64,000 nucleotides of DNA from Gammaproteobacteria bacterium (GTDB lineage Bacteria; Pseudomonadota; Gammaproteobacteria; UBA1113): contig JAGVJQ010000032.1 in assembly GCA_020051015.1 (NCBI GenBank), positions 7,199 through 71,198 on the forward strand. Direction: 5' to 3'. This document shows, in pieces, positions 39,153-49,446 of the stretch (its first letter is position 1; every line of letters starts with the position of its first letter). A program made the position numbers and the translations under genes. The notes below the pieces were generated by a model. It was not told the DNA's origin and did not search any database. It saw only the letters and a list, made by a program, of their open reading frames with translations.

Positions 39153-39602
39153 ATGGTTGACCTTAGTCATGAAGGCGCACATAGGTTTTGGCGAGAATAT
39201 CCCGATCCAATGATTTATCGTGTGGTTGCTTTTATGGAAGGTGTGGAACAATGGACTTTAGACGGCGATCCAGCCTTTGAAGCCGCAGTTGCCAAATTGG
39301 GCGAAGAATTAGATAAAGTAGGCAATTATGAACTTGGAATGAAAGATGAGTTTATTAAATTTGCCACGTATATTAAAGCAGCGCGTAATTTACGCCTTTT
39401 ACAAGCATTAGACACCGCTCATCCTGGTGCCGCATCCAAATTACTTATTCATGCTGAAGAATCCAGCAAAAGCAGTGATGATATTCCTGGCCTTTTTTTA
39501 AGGCGTAATATAGTCTTTGAAAGATTACGTTTATTAGGCCGCATTTTTTCTATAGAACGTTTAGATTTAATTGTAAAAGCGCTTGGAGGTGAAGATGTTT
39601 AA
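39153..39602 (+). CDS. icmW: Dot/Icm type IV adaptor protein IcmW
   Basis: 149 aa. DLSHEGAHRFWREYPDPMIYRVVAFMEGVEQWTLDGDP and RLLQALDTAHPGAASKLLIHAEE match the IcmW family. Confidence 0.8.
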   Translation: MVDLSHEGAHRFWREYPDPMIYRVVAFMEGVEQWTLDGDPAFEAAVAKLGEELDKVGNYELGMKDEFIKFATYIKAARNLRLLQALDTAHPGAASKLLIHAEESSKSSDDIPGLFLRRNIVFERLRLLGRIFSIERLDLIVKALGGEDV

Positions 39603-40068
39603 AGTAGCTAAATTATCCTCGTTATTCGTTGTTACTGGGCTGATTAGTATGAGTTCAGCTTGGGCAGCAGACGCGAATGACACCCTTTACCAACAAGTTG
39701 GTAATCAAGATATCAGTGTTTTAAATAGTATGAATGTCCAAGCATCGCAAAACCAAGCCCAACAAATGGGTACGCAAATGCAACAAGATATTAATCAGCA
39801 ACGTGCTCAAAATCAACAATATTTACAACAAGTTGGACAACAAATCATTCAAGCTGGAACACGTAATGGCGCCACTCAAACCACTATAACACCACCAGCG
39901 CCAACCAATACTCCCACGACGAATACACCGACCACAGGGCCATCAAACAATGCCAGCCCTGCCACTTCTACTAATAAATCCACATCTACAAACCCACCAG
40001 CTCCCACTACGCCAAATGGTTTAAGTAATGGTGCTAATGGTGGCAGCGGTTGGAGTTATGGTTTTTAA
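39583..40068 (+). CDS. secreted Q/N- and T/P-rich protein (161 aa)
   Basis: Signal peptide (LSSLFVVTGLISMSSAWAAD), a poly-Q/N central part, a TNTPTTNTPTTGPS repeat, and a G-rich C-terminus. It overlaps icmW by 20 nt and is in the same frame as the next ORF but separated from it by TAA. Confidence 0.5.
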   Translation: MEVKMFKVAKLSSLFVVTGLISMSSAWAADANDTLYQQVGNQDISVLNSMNVQASQNQAQQMGTQMQQDINQQRAQNQQYLQQVGQQIIQAGTRNGATQTTITPPAPTNTPTTNTPTTGPSNNASPATSTNKSTSTNPPAPTTPNGLSNGANGGSGWSYGF

Positions 40069-40104
40069 ATCTATTTTCAATTAATTTTTCCACTGGAGGT
40101 TTCT

Positions 40105-41103
40105 GTGAAACATAAAGCACAAAAATTGGTAGCGTTAACTACTGTAACAACAGCGATGACGGTAGGATTATTAGGTAGCAGTACAGCGCTAGCTGATGAT
40201 AGCTCTGACAGCGTTCATCAAATTACAAGTGGTGTTGCTAGTGCATTTGGCTTTGGCACTATCAATGTCTTAAGTGGCTTATATACTTATTTACAAGATT
40301 GTGAAAATGCTTATTCAGTTTGGGTACTTAAAACCATGCAAGGTAATGCTACTCAATACGCCATTACTGACTCACAAAAATTACAGGCACAAACCGCAAA
40401 AGATACTACGGCCTTTATCTTTAACGCGGTCACCGCACCTAATGCTCAGCCACAAGCAACAACGTCTACGGGCTTACCAACTAATTATTCTGCTGGTGTT
40501 TATGCAGCTATGGTACCGGTTAACAGAGACACGATGGGATTAGCTAAATCTACTTACTTATCAAGTGAAGCGCTTTTTGCCTCAACCAAATACAATGGTG
40601 ATACACAGCGTCAACAAGCTGGCACATTTATTCAATTTTTAGGTGATGCGGGAGCCAGAGTAACGCCGCTAAATGCGCAAACGTTACAAAAAGCAGATGG
40701 TGCAACAGCCGCATCTTATTTAAACTCACTAGCAACTTATTATGCCGGTCAATCAGTGGGCTTAAATGCACTTTACAATTTGTATAATGAACGTATCCCA
40801 GTTCAACAATTAAATGGTGAAAGTGTCTTATCAAATGATCAAAAGCAAGTTCTGCGCCGCATGCAACCTGCTTGGACCGAAAGTGTCAGTAAAATGACAA
40901 TTGTTGATGTTGCACGTGAAACGCTTTATACACAAGCCGAAATGAATTATCAACTCTTTCAGCTACGCATGCAGTTAGAGCAATTAAATGCTACATTGGC
41001 AGCTATGCAAATGGAGCAACAACAGATTTCTGCTAAACCATTATTGATGGGTAAAGAACAACAAGTTATCCAATCAGCTAATGCGGCAAGTGCTCCTAGT
41101 TAA
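40105..41103 (+). CDS. icmX: periplasmic protein, probable IcmX homologue
   Basis: GTG start with GGAGG RBS. Signal peptide MKHKAQKLVALTTVTTAMTVGLLGSSTALA. 332 aa with a C-terminal coiled coil. Sits in the icmX position after icmW. Confidence 0.45.
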   Translation: MKHKAQKLVALTTVTTAMTVGLLGSSTALADDSSDSVHQITSGVASAFGFGTINVLSGLYTYLQDCENAYSVWVLKTMQGNATQYAITDSQKLQAQTAKDTTAFIFNAVTAPNAQPQATTSTGLPTNYSAGVYAAMVPVNRDTMGLAKSTYLSSEALFASTKYNGDTQRQQAGTFIQFLGDAGARVTPLNAQTLQKADGATAASYLNSLATYYAGQSVGLNALYNLYNERIPVQQLNGESVLSNDQKQVLRRMQPAWTESVSKMTIVDVARETLYTQAEMNYQLFQLRMQLEQLNATLAAMQMEQQQISAKPLLMGKEQQVIQSANAASAPS

Positions 41104-41108
41104 TGATA

Positions 41109-41190
41109 ATATACCTATCACACATCAAGGTGCGATGTTTGCTTCTAAGAGAATGGTAAACTCGCATTTTGAGGTGTGATAGATATATAC
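41109..41190. terminator. long imperfect inverted repeat between convergent icmX-like and the regulator gene
   Basis: Left arm atatacctatcacacatcaaggtgcg; right arm cgcattttgaggtgtgatagatatat. Confidence 0.5.
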
Positions 41191-41260
41191 TCGCCTTGAT
41201 AAATTCCAAGGCAAATATCGCTTTAACCGGTAAGGTTTTTTGAAATTTATCGGTGCGTAT

Positions 41261-42877
41261 CTATGTCGAATAATCGCTAAATATACAATTCCCACCGACC
41301 ATTTTTGCTTTTAACAACGCTTCACTCGCAGTATGAATAAAACTTTCAACTGATAAACAAGGTGGAAATGATGCTATTCCAGCACTAAAAGTCGCTAAAA
41401 ATGATTCCCCTAAATTATTAAATACAACTTGACTAAAATACTCTTTAAATTCATTAATAAGAGTTAAAGCGGATTGTACCGTTGTATTAGGTAAGACCAT
41501 TAAAAAGCTACCACTACTATAACGACCAATTAAATCCGATTTTCGCAATCGTTCACATAGCATCAAAGATAAGCTCTTAATCACCCGATCGCCAACGATA
41601 TAACCATAATCATCATTAATTTTCTGACAATTATCTATATCTATTATTGCAACAGTCAATGTTTGATGAGCACGATTTGCTAATTTTAATTCTGACTCGA
41701 GTTCTTGAATAATTGAATTATGATTAAGAACACCTGTTAAATGATCTTTCATAATTAAAGTCTGCAATGCATGATAACGTTTGATTCTATTTTTAATTGT
41801 TGAAATTAAAATACCAGGATCCATTGATTTTTTGATAACATCATCAGCACCCATGCTCATAGCATATAATTGTTTTTCAGGGTTTTCTTCCATCGATAAG
41901 AAAATTATTGGAATGTGTACATAAGCATCACGTTGACGAATTATTTTAACTAATTCTAGCCCACTACAAATTGGCATATAAATATCAGTTAAAATCAAAT
42001 CCGGGTGAAATTCATGTAACGCTTTATCGATAAAGACTGGTTGATTAATCACCATTGTTGCGATACCAGCATACTGTAAAATCGTTTCATAAACTTGTGC
42101 TACATCAGGTTCATCCTCAATGAGTAATACTTTATAAGGATCTTTATCTTCATTATGTAATAAAGCTAATTTAGTTATGATTTCTTCTTCTTTAAATGGA
42201 TATGGGAAATAACCATCACCGCCAGCGCGAACAGCCTGCAGGTGTAATAAAAAGTTATCACTTTCACCCAGAAAAAATATTGGAATTGCTAACGTTAATT
42301 TTGGACTTTTAATCTTTTTAAGAATTTCTTCTAATTCTTCATTGAGACATTTAATATCAACAATAATTAATTCCGGTAAACTTTCATCCAATATTTTTTT
42401 GAAGGATTCGACATCGTGCAATATTTTAGTAATATAGCCAAATTGTTCAAAATGTAATTTTTGTAAGGAATCTTTATCGTCGGTAGGAGCAAGGTAATAA
42501 ATCATATGATTTTGGATTAACAACTCATTCTTATTCTGTGTATAAAGCGTTTTATTTTTAATGTCTGCTGCATCCAATAGCATTTGACAAAATTGAGATA
42601 ATCGCGCAATTTGATCTTCGCTTGGATTAACCTTCAATAAGTTTTTCAAAAAAAACTCGAAAGTTTCAGCTGACTTTTCTAATTTCGTAAAGCCATACAT
42701 TGCTGCGGAACCATGTAAAGCATGCACTTTACAATGTAGGTCAACAAGTACATTGTTATCCCACTTTGCATTGAGTTGCTCGCAAATGGTTACAATTTCA
42801 TTGATTTTATGCGGTATACTTTTTTTATATTTATCAATAAGTAATGAGATTTTTTCATGAAAATCCATCTTTTCCAA
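41261..42877 (-). CDS. HPt - pseudo-receiver - receiver - degenerate GGDEF multidomain response regulator
   Basis: N-terminal HPt (HALHGSAAMYGF). A second receiver has canonical Asp (DLILTDIYMP), T/S and K. The C-terminal GGDEF fold has an SGSF motif in place of GG(D/E)EF (RYSSGSFLMVLP). Confidence 0.75.
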   Translation of the reverse strand: MEKMDFHEKISLLIDKYKKSIPHKINEIVTICEQLNAKWDNNVLVDLHCKVHALHGSAAMYGFTKLEKSAETFEFFLKNLLKVNPSEDQIARLSQFCQMLLDAADIKNKTLYTQNKNELLIQNHMIYYLAPTDDKDSLQKLHFEQFGYITKILHDVESFKKILDESLPELIIVDIKCLNEELEEILKKIKSPKLTLAIPIFFLGESDNFLLHLQAVRAGGDGYFPYPFKEEEIITKLALLHNEDKDPYKVLLIEDEPDVAQVYETILQYAGIATMVINQPVFIDKALHEFHPDLILTDIYMPICSGLELVKIIRQRDAYVHIPIIFLSMEENPEKQLYAMSMGADDVIKKSMDPGILISTIKNRIKRYHALQTLIMKDHLTGVLNHNSIIQELESELKLANRAHQTLTVAIIDIDNCQKINDDYGYIVGDRVIKSLSLMLCERLRKSDLIGRYSSGSFLMVLPNTTVQSALTLINEFKEYFSQVVFNNLGESFLATFSAGIASFPPCLSVESFIHTASEALLKAKMVGGNCIFSDYST

Positions 42878-42919
42878 GATATTATCCTCAAAAACTACCC
42901 CTCATATAAGTAGTTTAGC

Positions 42920-44365
42920 TTATCCTGCGAACGCAGCCAGGCAAACTTGAAATAATCCTGTTGGAATAATACCTAAAGCTAGTACCATTAAGCAGTTAAC
43001 GCTAATGCCCAATTGCTTACCAAAACCATCAATAACAACCATAGTATGGTCTTCTGGCGCATCAAAATACATAACTTTTACCACACGTAGATAATAATAT
43101 GCGCCGATGATAGCAAAAATTAAAGCTAAAGCAGCTAACCAAACTAAATGTACGTGAACTAATGACACTAATACTGAAATTTTAGCGAAAAATCCTGCAC
43201 TTGGCGGAATACCGGCCATAGAAAACATCACTAATAGCATTAAGAATGCTAACCAGGGATTACGTGCATTTAAACCGCGCAAGTCATCAATGGATTGGAC
43301 CTCAAAGCCAGTACGACTTAACAACATTAAGACACCAAAAGCGCCTAAAGACATAATGGCATAAACAAGGGTATAAAACATGGCAGCACCAAAGCCAGAT
43401 GCAATGCCAGAAACTAAACCTAATAACATATAACCAATATGAGCGATTGAAGAATAAGCAAGCATACGACGAATATTAGATTGCACAATCGCAACAATAT
43501 TACCTATCGCCATCGATAAAATAGAAATTACCATCAAGATATGCTGCCATTGACTCGTTAATGCCGGCAAGGCATCGACTAATAAACGAATAGCTAAAGC
43601 AAATGCCGCAATTTTAGTTGCACTTGCAATAATTAACGTTACAGGTAACGGTGAACCTTCATAAATATCCGGAATCCACATATGGAAAGGTACCGCACCT
43701 AGTTTAAACGCCGCTGCCGCAATGACAAAAACTAACCCTAATACTAATACTGTTAATTGAGTATTATTGGAAGCAGCAATTGCTTGCATGACATCAGGAA
43801 TAGTTAAACTACCCGTTGCACCATATAACATGGACATACCAAATAACAAAAAGGCAGATGCTGTTGAGCCTAGCACAAAATATTTTAATGCGGCTTCAGC
43901 ACATTCTGCTGAATTTCGTTGCATAGCAATCATTGCATACAATGGCAATGATAATAATTCCAACCCAAGAAATAAGGTAATAAAACTATAAGCTGACACT
44001 AAGACCATCATTCCTAACACCACAAATAAGGTTAGCAAATAATATTGTCCTTCAGCTAAACCTTTTTGTCGGATAAAATTATGGGAATACAATAATGCCA
44101 AGAAAGTTGTAGCGTAAATAAAGACTTTTAACACACAGCCCATATGATCAATGATAAAACTATTATTAAAAACAATTTCGGTTTGATAATGAAATAAATT
44201 AACTGATAAAAAGGTACAAATTACCAATGTTAATTGGGTCAACATAAAAGTTAAATTACGTAACCGCTCACCCCAAAATAGATCGACTAGCAAAATGATT
44301 AAAATCATTGCTGTGATAAAAATTTCCGGCATGGCCGGGATAAGCTGTGTAACAGTAAAACTCAT
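42920..44365 (-). CDS. nuoN: NADH-quinone oxidoreductase subunit N
   Basis: 481 aa polytopic protein; last gene of the nuo operon. Confidence 0.9.
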   Translation of the reverse strand: MSFTVTQLIPAMPEIFITAMILIILLVDLFWGERLRNLTFMLTQLTLVICTFLSVNLFHYQTEIVFNNSFIIDHMGCVLKVFIYATTFLALLYSHNFIRQKGLAEGQYYLLTLFVVLGMMVLVSAYSFITLFLGLELLSLPLYAMIAMQRNSAECAEAALKYFVLGSTASAFLLFGMSMLYGATGSLTIPDVMQAIAASNNTQLTVLVLGLVFVIAAAAFKLGAVPFHMWIPDIYEGSPLPVTLIIASATKIAAFALAIRLLVDALPALTSQWQHILMVISILSMAIGNIVAIVQSNIRRMLAYSSIAHIGYMLLGLVSGIASGFGAAMFYTLVYAIMSLGAFGVLMLLSRTGFEVQSIDDLRGLNARNPWLAFLMLLVMFSMAGIPPSAGFFAKISVLVSLVHVHLVWLAALALIFAIIGAYYYLRVVKVMYFDAPEDHTMVVIDGFGKQLGISVNCLMVLALGIIPTGLFQVCLAAFAG

Positions 44366-44374
44366 GTTCTATTC

Positions 44375-45895
44375 CTAAACTAATTTGGTAGTATTACTAA
44401 TTGTTAATAAATGCCCAACTGTGGCATGCATCATATTTAATAATGGTTGTGGATAAACACCTAGTGCGATTACAGCAATAGCCAAAATTACCATTACTGC
44501 CGTCTCAGTACCGCTAATATCTTCAAATGTAGCGACATAATCATGGGTAATTTCACCAAAGAAAACTCGTTTATACATCCATAGTGTGTAAGCCGCTGCT
44601 AATACTAATGTCGAAGCTGCCATTAAAGCAATCCACACACTTGCACCGAATGCACTCAAAATAATCATGAATTCGCCTACGAAACCTGACGTTCCTGGCA
44701 AGCCAACATTAGCCATACAAAACAACATAAAGAATGCAGCGAACCATGGCATTGAATTTACAATACCACCAAAATCATCAATCATACGACTATGATAACG
44801 CTCATACAAAATGCCTACGCCAAAGAACATTGCTCCGGTACTAAATGCATGCGAAATCATTTGCACCATAGAGCCTTCCAGACTCATGTATGCATCCCGA
44901 ATATCACCCGTTCTTGCTAAAATTAAATAAATCATGAAACATGCTAATGTCGCAAAACCCATATGTGCAATAGAAGAATAAGCAATTAATCGCTTCATAT
45001 CTTTTTGGCCAATAGCAACCAATGCTATATAAATGATGGCAAATAATGATAATAAAATCACTAACCAATCCAATGCTCGCGAAGCATCTGGCGTAATAGG
45101 CAAGCTAAACCGTAAGAAGCCATACACACCCATTTTCAACATTAATGCAGCTAACACCACTGAACCACCAGCAGGCGCTTCTGTATGTGCATCAGGTAAC
45201 CAGGTATGAAAAGGAAACATAGGAACTTTAACAGCAAAGGCAAGTAAAAATGCTAAGAAAATCCATATTTGTTCGGTCATACTAAGTTTTAATGTGTAAT
45301 AACCGAGAATAGAAAAACTGCCGGAATAATAACGCATATATAATAATGCAACTAACATCAAGGCTGAGCCGAAAAACGTATAGAGGAAGAACTTGATTGA
45401 CGCGTAACTACGATTTTCGCCACCCCACATACCGATACATAGGTACATAGGAATTAGCATACCTTCCCAAAATACATAAAAAAGCACCGCATCTAACGCA
45501 GCAAATACACCGACCATCATGCCTTGCATAATTAAAAAGGCTGCCATATATTGTGCAACGCGATGTTTAATGGGGCGCCAGGAAGCAATAACAACCACTA
45601 ATGTTGTTAAGGTTGTTAACATAATTAAAGGCAATGAAATGCCATCCACACCTAAATTATAGTAAATGCCGTAACGCGCAATCCACGGATAATATTCAGC
45701 AAATTGCATAACAGAAGTTGATGCATCATATTCCAAATAAAGTGGAACACATAAAGCCAAGCAGATAATTGCTGTAAATAATGCGATAAGTCGCGCGGCA
45801 TTGGCACGACGATCATCACCAGTCATCAGTGCTGCAGCACCGCCCAACATTGGCAACCAAATTTCTAAACTGAGTAACGGTAATTGTTGAAACAA
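44375..45895 (-). CDS. nuoM: NADH-quinone oxidoreductase subunit M
   Basis: 506 aa antiporter-like subunit. Confidence 0.9.
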   Translation of the reverse strand: MFQQLPLLSLEIWLPMLGGAAALMTGDDRRANAARLIALFTAIICLALCVPLYLEYDASTSVMQFAEYYPWIARYGIYYNLGVDGISLPLIMLTTLTTLVVVIASWRPIKHRVAQYMAAFLIMQGMMVGVFAALDAVLFYVFWEGMLIPMYLCIGMWGGENRSYASIKFFLYTFFGSALMLVALLYMRYYSGSFSILGYYTLKLSMTEQIWIFLAFLLAFAVKVPMFPFHTWLPDAHTEAPAGGSVVLAALMLKMGVYGFLRFSLPITPDASRALDWLVILLSLFAIIYIALVAIGQKDMKRLIAYSSIAHMGFATLACFMIYLILARTGDIRDAYMSLEGSMVQMISHAFSTGAMFFGVGILYERYHSRMIDDFGGIVNSMPWFAAFFMLFCMANVGLPGTSGFVGEFMIILSAFGASVWIALMAASTLVLAAAYTLWMYKRVFFGEITHDYVATFEDISGTETAVMVILAIAVIALGVYPQPLLNMMHATVGHLLTISNTTKLV

Positions 45896-45914
45896 TTTTC
45901 ACTCCGAAAAATAA

Positions 45915-47903
45915 TTAACGTATCAAATACCAACCTAAAAATATCAACACACCTAGCACCATAGCCAATGCATAATGATATAAATAACCAGATTGCAACT
46001 TACGGGTTGTCGCAGATAGCCACGCAATCACACGCCCCGATCCATTTACCATAAAATCATCAAGAATTTTGACATCACCAACCTGGAATAACCACGTTGC
46101 TAATTTACGGCCACCTCGAACGAAAAACCAATTATTAAATTCATCAAACCCATATTTATTAACCATGATACGATGTAATAGGGCAAATCGACGAGCTGCC
46201 CAAGCTGGCAAACCTGGAACAGCAATATAACAAACCCAGGCAGCAATAATTCCAGAAACCGCTAGCCAAAATGGTAATGTCACTACCGAATGAATTGCCA
46301 TAGCCCATGCACCATGGAAGTCATGCGCAATTTGCCCCAACGTATCATATTGCGGAGCAACAAAAACGGTATCACCCAATAAACTATTCTGATCAAATAA
46401 CATTGGGCCTGCAAAAAGCAATCCGATCAAGATCGAAGGAATAGCTAAAATAATTAATGGTATTAATACTACCGCTTTTGATTCATGAATAGATTTGCGA
46501 ATATGATCATCCATTCGCTCTTTAGTATGAAATGTCATGAAAAACGCGCGAAAAGTATAAAGCGCTGTCACAAAAGAACCTAACAATACACAAATATAGG
46601 CGTATTTCGCGCCAGGAATGGTAGCTACATGAATCGCATCAATAATAGTATCTTTTGAGTAAAACCCTGAAAAAGGTGGAATCGCACATAATGCCAACGC
46701 ACCTACCAAAAACGTTATATAGGTAATCGGCATATACTTCCATAAATTACCCATTTTTCGCATATCTTGTTCGTGATGCATACCGATAATTACAGAACCC
46801 GCTGCTAAGAATAATAACGCTTTAAAACAAGCGTGCGTGAATAAATGGAACATACCTGCTGAATAAGCAGATGCGCCCAACGCTGCAATCATATAACCCA
46901 ATTGCGATAAAGTTGAATAAGCAACTACACGTTTAATATCATTTTGTACTAATGCTAAAATACCCGTAAATAATGCTGTAGTTGAACCAATTATCAAGAC
47001 AAAGCTTAATGCAGTAGCGGACAATTCAAACAATGGTGACATGCGCGACACCATATACACCCCAGCTGTCACCATGGTTGCCGCATGGATAAGTGCTGAA
47101 ATAGGGGTTGGACCTTCCATTGATTCTGGAAGCCACACATGCAAAGGCATTTGTGCTGATTTACCCATAGCACCTATAAATAACAGTAAACAAATCACCG
47201 TAATAGCTGACCAATTTACACCTGGCATGATGTGAACCATGGTATTTGCTGCAGCTAATGCTGGAGCCTGATTGAAAACACTGCTGTAATCAACCGTACC
47301 AAAATAAGTCAATACTGCGGCAATTCCTAAAATAAAGCCAAAATCACCTACGCGGTTGACTAAAAAGGCTTTCAAACTACCTTGATTTGCCGATTCCTTT
47401 TTATACCAAAATCCAATTAATAAGTAGGAAACTAAACCTACTCCTTCCCAACCAAAATAGAGTTGTAAGAAATTATTGGCTGATACCAACATCAACATAG
47501 CAAATGTAAATAGTGAAATATAGCTAAAAAAGCGCTGATAGCCACTATCACCTTCCATATAACCAACAGTGTAAATGTGTACCAAGAAAGATACGAACGT
47601 TACCACCATCATCATTAATGCGGATAATCTGTCGATCATAAATCCAACATCAAATGAGAAAACACCACTGGTTGCCCAGGTATAAATTGCACCATTAAAA
47701 GTCATATTATCTAGCACAACTAATTTGCACAGATAAACTGATAAGAAAAAAGAAACTCCAACCGGGATAATAGTGACCCAATGAGCACCACGACGTCCGA
47801 TTTGTTTGCCAAAAAAGCCCGCAATTAAACTACCAACTAATGGCAATAAAATAATTGCTAAACTTAAATTTCGTAATATATCTGGATTCATTGTTGTATC
47901 CAC
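45915..47903 (-). CDS. nuoL: NADH-quinone oxidoreductase subunit L
   Basis: 662 aa antiporter-like subunit with a long C-terminal helix region. Confidence 0.9.
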   Translation of the reverse strand: MDTTMNPDILRNLSLAIILLPLVGSLIAGFFGKQIGRRGAHWVTIIPVGVSFFLSVYLCKLVVLDNMTFNGAIYTWATSGVFSFDVGFMIDRLSALMMMVVTFVSFLVHIYTVGYMEGDSGYQRFFSYISLFTFAMLMLVSANNFLQLYFGWEGVGLVSYLLIGFWYKKESANQGSLKAFLVNRVGDFGFILGIAAVLTYFGTVDYSSVFNQAPALAAANTMVHIMPGVNWSAITVICLLLFIGAMGKSAQMPLHVWLPESMEGPTPISALIHAATMVTAGVYMVSRMSPLFELSATALSFVLIIGSTTALFTGILALVQNDIKRVVAYSTLSQLGYMIAALGASAYSAGMFHLFTHACFKALLFLAAGSVIIGMHHEQDMRKMGNLWKYMPITYITFLVGALALCAIPPFSGFYSKDTIIDAIHVATIPGAKYAYICVLLGSFVTALYTFRAFFMTFHTKERMDDHIRKSIHESKAVVLIPLIILAIPSILIGLLFAGPMLFDQNSLLGDTVFVAPQYDTLGQIAHDFHGAWAMAIHSVVTLPFWLAVSGIIAAWVCYIAVPGLPAWAARRFALLHRIMVNKYGFDEFNNWFFVRGGRKLATWLFQVGDVKILDDFMVNGSGRVIAWLSATTRKLQSGYLYHYALAMVLGVLIFLGWYLIR

Positions 47904-47906
47904 AGC

Positions 47907-48209
47907 TTAACCCTTTAATGAATTCATCTCTTGGACACTGATTGTGTGTTTATTGCGGAAAAACACCATCAAAATGGCCAAGCCAATTGCAGCCTCTGCT
48001 GCTGCCACCGTCAAGATAAAGAAGACAAATATTTGTCCCTGTAAATTACCTAAAAAGTGTGAAAATGCTATAAAATTGGTATTAACAGCTAATAGCATTA
48101 ATTCAATACACATCAATAATAAAATTAAGTTTTTGCGGTTGATCACCATACCAGCAACCGCGATACCAAATAAAATCGAACTTACGATTAAATATGCAGA
48201 TAAAGGCAT
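47907..48209 (-). CDS. nuoK: NADH-quinone oxidoreductase subunit K
   Basis: 100 aa, three TM helices. Confidence 0.9.
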   Translation of the reverse strand: MPLSAYLIVSSILFGIAVAGMVINRKNLILLLMCIELMLLAVNTNFIAFSHFLGNLQGQIFVFFILTVAAAEAAIGLAILMVFFRNKHTISVQEMNSLKG

Positions 48210-48217
48210 GATATTCC

Positions 48218-48835
48218 TTATTGTTTCTTTTCACTAAGCATATTGACAAGATGTACACGATCCTTTGGATCAACATCAATTTGCTTACTAATATTTTGTG
48301 TTTTACGTTGTGGTTTGCCATGCTGACTCAAGCTAATTGCAGCAACAATAGCAACTAATAACAACATAGCAGCCAACTCAAAAGCATATACATAATGTGT
48401 ATAAAGCAACGCCCCTAATGCGCCCGTATTACTATAATCTGCTGCGGCTTGGGGATTTGGTAAAGCCCCAAAATTAGCTGGCCAAATCGCTGTAATCATT
48501 AAACCAACGACAAGCGCAACCGCAACCAAACCAAAGGGTAAATAGCGGACAAAACCTTTACGTAATGTTTCAATATCGATATTTAACATCATGACCACAA
48601 ACAAGAATAAGGTCATGACTGCGCCTACATACACGAAGATTAATACCAATGATAAAAATTCGGCATTTAATAACATCCACAAAATGGCACTGTTGAAAAA
48701 ACTATAAACTAAAAATAATGCGCTAGTTACCGGGTTACGGGATAGTACAACCATCGCGGCAGAAAATACCAACGAGGCTGCGAAGAAGTAAAACACAATT
48801 TGTTGCAATACTGTTGATAACATTATTTCTCTCAC
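48218..48835 (-). CDS. nuoJ: NADH-quinone oxidoreductase subunit J
   Basis: 205 aa. Confidence 0.85.
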   Translation of the reverse strand: MREIMLSTVLQQIVFYFFAASLVFSAAMVVLSRNPVTSALFLVYSFFNSAILWMLLNAEFLSLVLIFVYVGAVMTLFLFVVMMLNIDIETLRKGFVRYLPFGLVAVALVVGLMITAIWPANFGALPNPQAAADYSNTGALGALLYTHYVYAFELAAMLLLVAIVAAISLSQHGKPQRKTQNISKQIDVDPKDRVHLVNMLSEKKQ

Positions 48836-49323
48836 TATCTAAATGCTGCATCAGTCCGACGCGCCGCAGCGATTTCTTTTTCATACTTATCGCCAATGGC
48901 TAACAGCATGGGCTTCGTCATGATATTTTCACCGCGATTTTCAAAATGGTAATGTGACATGCCTGTTTCTACAATAGAATCAACAGGACATGATTCTTCA
49001 CAAAATCCGCAATAGATACATTTGAATAAATCGATTTCATAGCGTGTGGTTCGACGTGAGCCATCAGCTCGTGGTTCTGCATCAATAGTAATGGCTAATG
49101 CAGGACAAACAGCCTCACATAATTTACATGCAATACAACGCTCTTCGCCGTTAGGATAACGACGCAAGGCGTGTAATCCACGAAAACGTGGTGATGTAGG
49201 TGTTTTTTCTTCTGGAAATTGTATTGTTATTTTTCGTTTAAACATATACTTACCGGTGAGTTTTAAACCCATCAGTATTTCCCACAGTAAGAAACTTTTT
49301 AATAACCGTTTAAATTTATTCAT
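48835..49323 (-). CDS. nuoI: NADH-quinone oxidoreductase subunit I (2x[4Fe-4S] ferredoxin)
   Basis: [12 protein letters not shown] and [12 protein letters not shown] motifs. Confidence 0.9.
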   Translation of the reverse strand: MNKFKRLLKSFLLWEILMGLKLTGKYMFKRKITIQFPEEKTPTSPRFRGLHALRRYPNGEERCIACKLCEAVCPALAITIDAEPRADGSRRTTRYEIDLFKCIYCGFCEESCPVDSIVETGMSHYHFENRGENIMTKPMLLAIGDKYEKEIAAARRTDAAFR

Positions 49324-49446
49324 GAAATAATCGCTTAAATTATTAACATATTTAATCTAGGGACTGCATACAATTAATTCGGGTCTCCGCCTTCACCCTT
49401 TTGGGATGGCTTTTGGCCGTCCAAATTGGTTAGCGCCAATGTGTCG

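Noticed and set aside
38978-39213. Two overlapping 60-75 aa ORFs in the icmV/icmW intergenic region
   Set aside because: They are generated by the GC-rich hairpin element. They overlap each other and the icmW start, so they are unlikely to be genes.
39583-41103. Interpreting the two in-frame ORFs as a single icmX pseudogene interrupted by a stop
   Set aside because: The downstream ORF has its own strong RBS (GGAGG), a GTG start and a complete signal peptide. This argues for two expressed genes rather than a broken one. It is kept as a finding, not as a pseudogene call.
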